Source: Octopus vulgaris
Lineage: Eukaryota
DNA length: 64,000 nucleotides
Reading direction: 5' to 3'
NCBI GenBank assembly: GCA_951406725.2
Contig: OX597831.1
Location: 26,288,001 to 26,352,000 of the forward strand
The translations under genes were made by a program, and so were the position numbers. The first letter of the stretch is position 1. Each line of letters begins with the position of its first letter. This document shows, piece by piece, positions 52,443 through 64,000 of this stretch. The notes beneath the pieces were generated by a model, which searched no databases, was not told where the DNA came from, and worked only from the letters and a program-made list of their open reading frames with translations.

Positions 52443-53871
52443 AGACAATCACACATACAAGCATTACATTCATAAAAATCTTGCAATAACATCAAGTTCT
52501 ATAATGTGGAATACATTCTCTTTGACTTCCATATAATATGAAAGTCAATGGGGAAATTGGTTTAATTTTGCAGAAATGCACATTACGGTGAGATTTTCAG
52601 GGATCCAATATTTCTTCAATGAGAGGGATGCATTATATATATATATACATATATATATATCATCATCATCATCATTGTCATCGTTTAACGTCCACCTCCC
52701 ATGCTTCGTATGGGTATATATATATATATATATAAGTACCACATGGTTAGTTTCTGTTAACCTAACAGAGCATGACAAAACCAAAGTTTAAAATATGGTA
52801 GGAGGGAAGTATATACATACATCCTGAGCGCCTATTAATAATAATACTGTAATTGTTCCATTGTTGTTGTTTTTTTGTTTTCCCGTTTGGATTAAAATTA
52901 CATATATATATATATACATATATATATACATGCATATATATATATATATATATACACACACATACATGGTGTGTGTGTATGTGAAGTTTTACAGGGAAAC
53001 GGCTACTAGCTGCTATCAGGTGGATGAGGACTAGTAAGCTGAAACTATGAAGTTACTGTTAACTTTTTCTTTGTTAAGGTTAATAAATATGAGCTCTTCT
53101 AAAAAGCATTGTGTGATTCTTCATTTGTTTTTATTTATAACTTCACAAAAAATAATCATTAAGAGAACACACACACACAGCTGCACACATTTGGGTCTTT
53201 TGCTCAATATGTTCCAGCCAGGTCTAAACTTGCTCCCTCCCCCATTTCTGAGACCTTTTTATATTCCTATCACTCATATCTCAGTACCATTATTCTATCT
53301 GTACTGCTCGTCACTCATCACTCCCTCTCACTCCAAGGTATCTGCTATTGCTATCCATCATACATTCTTATCATGGGTCACTTCTGACACTCTCTATCAC
53401 TCTCTCTTGCCTTCTACTGTTCTCTTCTTTCAATTTCTCTCCTTTTACCATCTTTTTTTGCAGCTATCACCCAACCATCCTCATTCTTCCTGTCATCTCT
53501 CTCTCTTCTATTCCTCTTTTCAAACATATTATCTTCAGCATAAGAACATATCGGGAAATAGTGTGGTGACTCTTTAGTCCCATGGGATACAAAGCAATCT
53601 CACTAGTTCTGGCACTATGATAAAATGCACCCAACATAATCTGTAAAGTGGTTGACAAATGAAAGAAGACAACATAGAAATAAGAGGTCCTTTTGCTCCG
53701 ATGAAGATCATGACAACCTCTCTTACGCTGATGCCTGGATTAAATGCCCCCAATACTCTCTATAATGTGATTGATGAAGTGTGGATAATGTAGAGTCAAT
53801 AAAATCTTTTAGTCAGGACAAGGACATGACAACTTTTCAAGTATCGATGCCATGTTAAAACACATCCAGTA

Positions 53872-54391
53872 CCGTAAATCCTCGAGTATAATCCGCATTT
53901 TTTTCCCAAAATTTAAGGTCAAAATCCCTAGTGCATGGTATATACGAGGTTAAAAATGAAAAATACTTTCTAAGCAATGTCCGAGTCTCTATTTGCTGTC
54001 CGGCAATGTTTATTCAGATGCATTTTGTGATGTCGGGTGCGAAAATACCTTAAGCTAAGCCTGAAAGCAATGAAGTCATAAAAGAATCATCCATAACTTG
54101 CAGTAAGCAACATTTATTAAACATTATTACTGTTGTTATTGCTATTTCTTTATTTTCTGCAGACAAAATGCACAAAAAAGCTACACGTTTGCATTATGTT
54201 ATATATACAATAATAATAAAGGATGTTACCATATACATTTATACAAACCAAGGACGTTATATAGACCTCCTTGACTCAAGTTAGAGAAGGAGTGCATATT
54301 ATACACAAGGTTTAGGTTTTTCAGAGGTACAGCCCCCTAAAAATCCCCTGCATATTATATTCAAGGGCGGACTATACTCGAGGATTTACGG
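53872..54391. mobile_element. Tc1/mariner-superfamily (pogo/Tc2-like) MITE
   Basis: TA-CCGTAAATCCTCGAGTATA(A/G)TCCGC TIRs at both ends with TA TSD; interrupts an old type C-like sequence. Confidence 0.9.
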
Positions 54392-57289
54392 TATATTTTG
54401 TAAAGTATCTGGTAAAAAGACAGGCATCCAACATTATTCTCCGTCTTATGTATCCCACATCAATCACCATCTAACCTATTTTTGTCTTGAATAGCCTACA
54501 CAAGAATCCCTAAATGAGACTCCTTTACCCACATTCACTCACGTATCATAAAATATTTTGGTAGAAAGTGAGAAGCAATTTCTATTAAAGTTTATAAATT
54601 TTGGTAAATCCTTATACAGTGGAGAGATAATATTACTGATGTTTTGAAAAAAGCTCTTCACATCGATAACAAATCTGAAAATGTTTATAGAGGTATTAAG
54701 CATATATAAGTTCTTGTAAATGATATTTTCTATAACACACTGCTACTAATTTCCTCAGACTCTGATTAACCATCGCCATTTTTATCTTTAAGTGTCTCTG
54801 TACACTTTATTGTTCTCTGCAAACACGCAGCCCTAGTTAAAGTTAACGTCACTAACATTAATAAATAGCTAAAGATTATCTGTAAACAATTTCTCCCATC
54901 AAATATTCATAATCAATTATTTGTTTAAAATAAATCAAACAGCTGCATTCAGCAAGTTAAAGCAGTGTTAATTAAGCAAACCACAAGCATTCATTTCTCT
55001 TCAAGCAAATATTACAATTGTTGGTGGTGATAGTTTTTGTTGATGTCATAATAAATTACATGCCATGCGTAAAGGGTTAGAAAATGTTATGTTCCATAGT
55101 GAAGTGGTCAACATTGGAAGCAATTGATCACTTACTTTGATTTATACAATTCCATGCAAAACTGTTGGTTTGATTCTCCTTTTCCTTTCAAATAATTATT
55201 GTCTTCAGATTTATATTAATTACTTGACAGTAATCTTTGAGAAATAGCATTGCTTTAAGATTATTTTCAAAATATTTTATCTCTTAAGTCATTACAGAAG
55301 ACAAGATTGGATATTATTGAATATGTTGGCTGCAACCAGCTTATCAGGGAATTGAAATTGGAGAAAATAGTGTCATTCACTGATTTCTTTTCACTAAGCA
55401 CCTACTCCACTCCAACCATTTTGTTTTGGAAAGGGCAGTGTTAATTACTGGTACCATTTACATAAACAACCAGCGAAGAATTCTGAACTCAGAAACTAAA
55501 AGGACCCAACAAAATACTTTTGTCACACTGGTATGGCATGTTGTCACCCATGGCACAGGTTCTCTGGTGTGTTGTTTTTAGTTAGTGTTTTGGATCTGTG
55601 ACAATATGTGTATATAAATTTCTAATGATTGCTGGTAGAGACTTAGGCAGTTAGAAATTGAGCTTCAGTGTGACAAATATACATAGCAATGATTAAGTAA
55701 GGCTCAAGAAGTAGAGAGAAGAGTTGGTTTGTCATTATACAAGAAATCCTTTATACTAATCATCATCATCATCATTTAACATCCATTTTCTATGCTGGCA
55801 TGGGTTGAACAGTTTGACAGGAGATGACCAGCTGAAAGGCTGCTCAGGCTCTATTTTTGTTTTAGCATGGTTTCTATGGTTAGATGCCCTTCCTAACACC
55901 AACGACTTTACAAAATGTACTGGGTGCTTTTTACACAGCAAAGGAAAACTTGTTGTTTCTGCTATACAAGGCTACATTCTGCCTTGCTTGTAGAGAGAGG
56001 TGTGATGCAGTGTTCTCAAGTAGCTCTTAAAGCTCTGTGATTGTTCTTGGTGGGCTTTCACCTAAATACTAAGAAAAGTGCAAGTAAAGGTCATAAGCTT
56101 TTGATTAAGTTCATATGGCATCATATTGCTGCATGCTGATTGGCTGACAATCAGAACAGACTGCTTGACAAGATCATGATCTCAGCATCTTATAAATTTG
56201 GCAACTGAATATTTGAGGTTCAATACTAGGTCTTGTTGCATTATATTTTTAATCAGTGAAATATTTACCAATCCACATTTCCAATGATTATAATATCCTA
56301 AGATGATGAACTGAAGATTCTAGCATTGAATTATATACAGAAATTCATAAAGCCTGTGTGAAACTACAGGCTTCTTTTGATATGCCACAAAGAACATATG
56401 CCTTAGCAGGTTGAGTGAAGAAAAATTGAATAATGCAATGTTCATAACCTTTCAATGCCTGCATAAATGAAATAGAATAGCTTCAATCCAGAATTGAAAT
56501 CATATTGCAGATGTTACAGTAGAACTAGCATAATTAATTTTTATAATTACAGCTATGTGCTTTATATTTCATAATAGTCTTCAAATGTCATTTGTTTTGT
56601 GTTTTTGTTTTTAACTTTTTTAATGGTGCCACATGTTTTTACTAATTGTGGACTAATTCTGTGAGACATTTAATTTTTTTGTTTCTGGTACATTAAGAGG
56701 ATTGAAGTTGAAGTTATGTTTCAAAACAACAGTCTACAGGCATATTAATCATTCCTTGTTGATGTTGCACTCAATGAATGAGCAAATGAGATTAGTCTAA
56801 ATAACTACAAGCTAAAAGAAAGACATACAACTAATTTACAACAGCTTGTAAAATGTGGTGTTCATTTTTAGAAATCAAATACTGCAACAAGTCATTTACA
56901 TCATGTTTGCAAAGATAAGAACATCTGGAACATAGGTAACATTGTACTTACTTATATTTTAAAGGAAATTAGAGATAGCTTTCTCTTAACTGTTGTATCT
57001 TCTAAATATATATTTTACAAAAACTAGACTTATGCGATGGAAATTCTCTGTCTTGTTCTTACACTGTCAAAAACAGAACTAGATACAGAAGAGTGAGATT
57101 AGAAAACATTTTTCTATGAAGCTAAAACTTGAACTAAGAAGAGTATGCTTTAAAATAATCTTGATAGTACAAAACATACGCAGGCTTCTCATAAGGGCTC
57201 AAAGAATCTTAAGAGTACAAGACCAAAGTGGATATTTATGGACATTTTCTACTCATCTCGTAAATGTTGCTCAATACAGAAAATACATG

Positions 57290-57593
57290 CCCTCCGTCGT
57301 CAGCCAGGAGAATTCATCTACGAAGCAATTGCCCCAGCTCCCCTTCAGGGTTGGTGAAAGCGATGTGGGGGACAACAAAAAACCTGGCTGATAACAGTCA
57401 AGGCTGATCTGGAACTCAACCTAGGCCCCCATGTCTACGGCATTCACTGCTGGAATAGGAAGTGGTTGGAGATCACACGGTCGTTAGCCTCAAATCTCCA
57501 GGCCTGGTCGGTGTTTGTGAGAGATGCAGCATTGAGGATGAATGAAGCCAGCTCAACCTACCCCAGGTGAATGCTGTCTCAGACAAGACAAGA
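57290..57593 (+). mobile_element. RTE-clade LINE 3' remnant (second family)
   Basis: RRQPGE..GW*KRCGGQQKTWLITVKADLE..GPHVYG..W..LASN..AWSVFVRDA..STYPR*, followed by an (acaag)n tail. Confidence 0.75.
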
Positions 57594-60500
57594 ATACAGG
57601 AAAAGCTGTTTTAGCTACTGATTTTATGCTGAACAACTGGCCATATGAGATGTTATAATTTGGAGACTTCCACATCCTAATAGTAAACAAAGCCACTCAA
57701 TTACATTGATGTTATTGGCTGAAACACACAACATGAAACTATGTAATTAAGGATCTACTAAAGCAAATGGGGAACAGAGATGCCTGATGTGGCATAATGA
57801 AACACATCTCATGTGTAGTTATATCAACAGAAATTTCTTCATTAGTTATTTTAGCAGAAACTACAGCATGATTTATTAGAAAAAGCAGAGTAATAGAATC
57901 TTTCGTGGTTATTTCTAAAGCCTGACTATGTTGTGCAGCTGGAATCCAAGCTAAAGTTTTGCTTTCCAGTTGTTTCATTCAAATATGGGCAGCAGAGAGT
58001 CCAACTATAAATGAATCACATACATATATTCACCTCTGTATGTGTCAGGCAAGATACCTTTGAAGTTACTATGTGATCAGAAGTCACGTGATCAGTTGAG
58101 GAGCTTGAACGAATCACAAATATAGCCATCTCTGCATGATCAATTGTTTACAAGCGGGGAGCTTATGTTCTGTTTGGAGTTTGGATTTCTTTGACCAGTT
58201 TTTAAAGCAGTTAAGGTCAGATAAAACTTACAAGTTCCTTTCAGCATAACATTATATCACAAAAAATCAGATAGCCAATGCTCAATGGTATTTGAAGCCT
58301 CAAGAACTGTCAGAGCGACATTGAGTTTTTTCAAGTCGTAGTCCACTTCCCATACTGAAGATAGCAATATTTTTACTAAATTAAACTGAAGCATGAGTAA
58401 TTGAAGATGAAAATCAATTTAAACTAAGCTTTAATTAACCTGTAGCATATCATAATTGCAGTATTTTGTAGGTTTTCAACCATTTTTAATATCATTATAA
58501 TACATTATTTATATAAAATTATTAAAATACATTATTAGAGATAAAATTATTATAATACATTATAATACATTATGATACATAAAATTATTACACCTTATTG
58601 TTTTCTTGCTTGTATTAAACATTTAAAGTTATTCTTACTATAAACACATTATCTCTAGCTTTCACTACATTCTCATAATAAAAGCTGAAAATAACAGACA
58701 TATCAAACAATCTATGTATATCTATGTGTCTTTAGAGTATGTGAGTTTGTTGTAAAGATTGTATACATCGGTGCATCTGGATGTTATATTTCAATGCAGC
58801 AAGAACAAAATTTACAAAGAACTTCAAGATAAACCAGGTTGATTTCATTGCGAACATGTGTTGCTAATTCTAAGAATTATGGTGATAATTACTGAAATTA
58901 ATTTGGTATCCCATATTTTGGGGTCACTTTACAATTTTGATTAAGTTTAAAGACTAAACTAGTAAAATGTAGAGAAAAATGAAAATACAACTGTCAGATA
59001 TTTGTTATGGTTTCCAAAATCATTGCAAAGTAGAGAAAATTTCACATATGTTTCTATAAATAACTATATTGTTTTCTAAAACAGTGTGTTGTGATGCTAA
59101 CTAAATCAAGCCATGGTTAGAGATTTCAATCTGGTTTTCTGAGGGAGATAGCAAATACAAAGAAATGCCTTTTGATGAATAGTGGAAAATATAATCATAA
59201 TAAATAACAATATCTATCATCATCATCATCATCATTTAACGTCCGCTTTCCATGCTGGCATGGGTTGGACAATTTGACTGAGGTCTGGCAAGTCAGTGGG
59301 CAGCATCAGGCTCCAATCTGATCTGGCAAGGTTTCTACAGCTGGATGCCCTTCCTATTACCAACTACTTTGAGAGTGTGGTGGGTGCTTTTGACATGCCA
59401 CCAGCACGGGAGCCAGTCAGGGGGCACTGGCATCGACCTTGTTCTGATGGTGAAAATGATAAATTTGTAGATCTTGATTTATTAAAAACTCCATTTTCTG
59501 CTAAATCTTTCAGATGCACAAGAAGAATATTCAACTCTGTGTATGTGTGTGTGGTGGTGGGGGGGATAGTGTGCTGTGGACCCTGACTTCAGAAACCTGT
59601 AAAGAATATAAAGAAATGAAATGATCCAGTTGTGCTATAATATGTACAGTGTGTCAATGTACATGACCAATGGAGAACAAATGTGTCGATAAAAGAAAAA
59701 CAGGCATAAAACAAATCAGTGTACATGAGAAAAAAGTGTGGGTTTTTGATTGTCATCATCATCATCATTTAGCATCTGTTTTTCATGCTGGCATGGCTTA
59801 GATGATTTGACTGGAGCTGGTAAGTTGGAGAGCTGCATCAGACTCCAGTTGTTTCTTTTGGCTTGGCTTCTATGGCTGGATGCCCTTCCTAATGCCAACC
59901 ACACCACAGAGTGTACCTGGTGCCTTTTATGTGTCACGAGCATATTCAACCAAAATCAAATCATCGTTTGTATATGTTTGGTCCAATTCCTCTTAATCTT
60001 CATTAATCTTCTAAAATTTGCAGTACTTTTCCTCCATGAAATTGTTTGAGTGCAGTGAGCTTTATAATAATCTAAACATTTTAAAAGATTATTCGAAACA
60101 AAACTTCAAATAAAATCACGAGCAGACATTCGTAAACAGTTTTATTCTTGAATAACTGATTCCATATTCACTTATGCGTGTTATTAAAGTCTTGCTATAT
60201 CAGGAATTTTAACTGAGTGTTATACCTGGAATTCTCAGTACATCAGGAACATGACCAGGTTAAGGAAGAACTACAACAACTATAAATAGAGGATAAGAAA
60301 AAGTGGTGGCAGGATAGTTAAAGAAATGAAGCATAAATTGGTTTTTTTTTATTACCCACAAGGGGCTAACGAAGAGGGAAATGAAGCAGAAATGTGGAAC
60401 AGAGGCTGTGCTAAAGTTTACAAAAAGAATGTTTCCCTTCACTGTTATTTGAAACCATGTTGACTGAGTAAATAATCTATAGAATATTAGCAGTGGCAGT

Positions 60501-62238
60501 AATGTCAATATATAATATGGTGTAAGTACATTGTCGTCAATAGTTGAAGAATACAATAAATGAAGGACAAGAAGCACTCTAGAAATGAGAGAAAGAAGAA
60601 ACAAAAACTAAATTCAATATATTGGAAATTTACAAATCATTGACTTTTAAGTAGAAAATAAAAGTGTTAGATCAGATTGTCTGTAATGACAATTAAATTT
60701 TTGAAATGTCCATTGTCAGGCTACTCAAATATAGATCAGCAACAAGATTAATAATTGTATTTGTGACTTTGAGTCAAAATTATTGCTAACGAAGTAGTGT
60801 GATGTACTGTTTTCTAGTGTATAATAACTGACAGATGTCAAATATGTGGCCACAGGCAAGGTGTCTGAAAACCACTTGTCTTCGTGAGCTTTTCAACAGT
60901 AATTTCTTTGTTATGTAAAACACCTATAATCTATTAAGTTAAATCTAGTATTTGTTAGGAAAGGAAAAAATAAAATTGGATCATGTAAAATTTCAACACA
61001 GAAATATTAGATACTATTTAGAGTGGATGCAGGTTTATCTGCATGTTTTGAGAGATTTACATCATAACTATGTGGTTTCACTTTTGATTGCACAGTGTGA
61101 AACATTGAGGCAAGTGTCTTCTATTTTAATCTCAGGTCAATAAAAGAAAATTGTGTGGAAGCCCTTCTGGATTTTTTTTTTTTTGCTATGAGGCTGTAGA
61201 CTTAATCTGTTGCCTGGTTTAATACTGCAAGCTGGAATATAGTTGCTCTTAACAGAGTACACTCTGCTCATGCATCCAGGTCAGGCCTCCCTCCCGAAGG
61301 TAATTTACTGCCACAAGTCACTTGTGAAAAAGGTTTCAAGCTTTACCCTTATTTCTCAGACTCAGTCACAGAAGAAGAGTGAAACACATTGTCTTACTCA
61401 AACACATTGTCTTACTCTCTACACTTGGTACCAACACCAATTCTTTATAGTTACTTCCATTCGTTTTGAATGGGTCCAAAGTAAAGTAATGTTAGCAACA
61501 GATATTATAATCAACTCCAAGATATTACAGCTATTTATTGTATCCTCAAAATCTATAAAATGCTCATGAAGTTTATCTGGACTGTCATGGTTTTTAGTGA
61601 ACTAAGAATGTAAGACTCCCCACTGAATTTGACACTAGTTCATCACAGAAGCCTAGAAGGATTAGTCTAAATATAGAAAAATATTTAGTCTGCTGCCATA
61701 TTCCTTCCTCTAATTATAATAATTACTTGAAAATACAGAACTTCAAAGCTCCAATTTGTCTTAATATCAAGCCACATTTGTCTTTAATGATATTATTTTC
61801 TGTTCAATAACAGTAAGCTGAGACAAAGATTTTAATATTTTCTGTTGTGCAAAATATTGTCACGTGTTACCAAAAAATGATGTTCATTTATTAAAATCTG
61901 AATAGAACTGCCATGTTGTTGTCACAAAGGTTCGGTGTTGTTGTAAAGGTTCATAAGAAGCAAAGAAGCTTCATCCTCCGCAATTTATGCCTTTAATTAC
62001 GAATGTATCATTAAAAGTCTATCATCATCACTGTGTCTCTGATATAATGCAACTTACAAGGTTCTTCTTTCACTGCTTTTCTCTTTATCCTTCACTTTTA
62101 CTTTCTCATGGTATATATTTCAGTTAATACGAAGATAATATACAATGATCATGATGTGAGGCATGTATGACTTTTAGTTCTCTTAATTCAGTGAATGTTG
62201 GAAATACGATTATTCCACTAATCTCTCTTTTTCTCTTG

Positions 62239-62270
<32 letters not shown>

Positions 62271-64000
62271 ATTATTATTATTATTATCATTATTATTATT
62301 AACAAACTATAGAGTGTTCCAAGCTCTGTTTTTCTTCATCAGTAATGCCAGTCGCTTTAACGAAGCAACCATAGAGATATTTTTCTCAACCGTTTTTATC
62401 TAACTGCACATACAACGGATTCCTATTTCTTGTATAAATTTTTTTAGGATCCTATCTTTCTATATGCACTGCTTGTAGCTGTAGCAATCTTTCTATAAAT
62501 ACATACACACACACATGTGCATATATCTGCATACACACACACAGACATACTTTAATATATATGAATGCTTTGTTTAATCTATAACTTTTGAATATTATAT
62601 TAGACAAAATATTTTGCAACTTTTTTTAATTATAATGCTTATCACAACATTGATGAAGCTTTTCAAATACGGCTTCAATTTTTATTGTGAAAATTTCTCA
62701 TTCATCATTTTATATATTTGTTAAATTTATAAAACCGTGAGTTTTAAAAACAAATTGGACTTATAATTTGAAATGATAATAAATGTCATGTTTAAATTTC
62801 TATAGTTTATGTATTTTTACTTTTCTCTGAAACTAACGACTACAGTTTTAATATATTTAATTACCAGCTCTTTTGTTTCAATATAAAATATTGTCAAAGT
62901 CTAGAAAGTTTGACCATCTCAGCTATTACGAAGCTTAATTTAGGTTGGATATAAAGAAAAACAGTAAGCCTGAATGAAATAAGGTAAATCTACAAGTAAA
63001 ATAAATCTAATGTTTTTACTTTTTATTTTGACAATGACTAAGAGATTTTTAGCAAAAATATCAGTCGTAATATTTCTCAAAAATGAAAAAAAATACAAAC
63101 AAAAAAAATAAACCTTCTATGTGCCAGATTTTAATATTGTATATATGAAATCTCCTGAGAATCATCTAACCACCATTTAATGGCCATAGATGAAATGTGA
63201 AATGCGTATTACATGTTATTTTCCCTTCTATTAATAAGATGGAAATTTTTTTTTTTATAAAAAATATTGAAGTATGAAGAAAAATCATTAAAGCATTTTC
63301 TTTTCTTTTTTTTTTCCAATTATCAGTTCTGATGCATGACTGACTATGTTCCTCTATTTTCAGTAGATTAAAAACTGATATATAATTACTCAGTGAAAAC
63401 ATCTTTCACCAAACAATCAAATCCGTTGTGGATGTTGTATTTCTGCCTTATTCATCTTGCTATAAATATGCTTTCCAAGCTTCATATTCTAATATGCTGC
63501 TTCTTTTGTTTCTAGTCGTTACCTTGTTTTGTGCATGCTGAATAACTTTCGCACTGACCACATATGAAACTAGTTAATTGAATTTTTACATTATTATTAT
63601 TTTTTTTTTTTTTTTTTGAGAGCCTTTAAAAACCCTGATAAAGGACTGGTTGCTGAGTAAAGCGTGGTGTTTTTTCTTTTAGTATTTACATTTTCTTCTT
63701 CTTTTAGAGTAAAAATAATGACCATTTGAGAAATATAAAATACAGTCTCCTTTCACTCATTTTTCTCTATCATGGTTTAACTCTTCCTACATAATATTAT
63801 TTCAGAACTGTCGGTAAGGACACACTTCAATACATTGATTCATATTATGTTTTGTTTATAGAAAAATTAGGTTTGCTCTATACTATTACAAACATGAGAT
63901 CAAACCATTATATTAGATAAATATAAATCATTTTTCATAACTTCAGAGGTAAACAGAGGTTTATAAAATAAAAATAACATGATGTTGTTAAAAATGTATT

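Noticed and set aside
63628-63672. CTGATAA...AAAGCGT hammerhead look-alike; similar weak cases at about 1945-1975 (-) and 62310-62345 (-)
   Set aside because: Too many core changes and poor helices to distinguish from chance.

Overview
AT-rich eukaryotic genomic DNA, most likely octopus (coleoid cephalopod), judged from the tRNA-derived SINE families and the very high (TA)n/(CA)n/(TAA)n/(GAT)n microsatellite load. Nearly all entries in the ORF track are translations of microsatellites or repeats. The only well-supported host coding sequence is one 125-nt exon (29207-29331, +) of a Kv channel-interacting protein (KChIP/KCNIP, neuronal calcium sensor family), so the window is mostly large introns. 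Three phase-compatible candidate alternative 5' exons and a CpG-rich YY1-containing patch lie 4-6 kb upstream of it. The rest is layered mobile DNA: at least four modular SINE types (my labels A-D), R4/Dong-like and RTE-like LINE ends, three mariner remnants, and piggyBac-, pogo- and hAT/Merlin-type MITEs. The most interesting signals are (i) three unrelated short elements sitting in or beside (TA)n tracts, each carrying a minimal type-I hammerhead ribozyme fold of the Penelope type, all antisense to the KChIP gene; (ii) locally templated inverted duplications that would form long dsRNA in the pre-mRNA; (iii) head/body/tail shuffling among SINEs, including a tRNA-Glu-headed chimera. Everything was read by eye; repeat boundaries are approximate.
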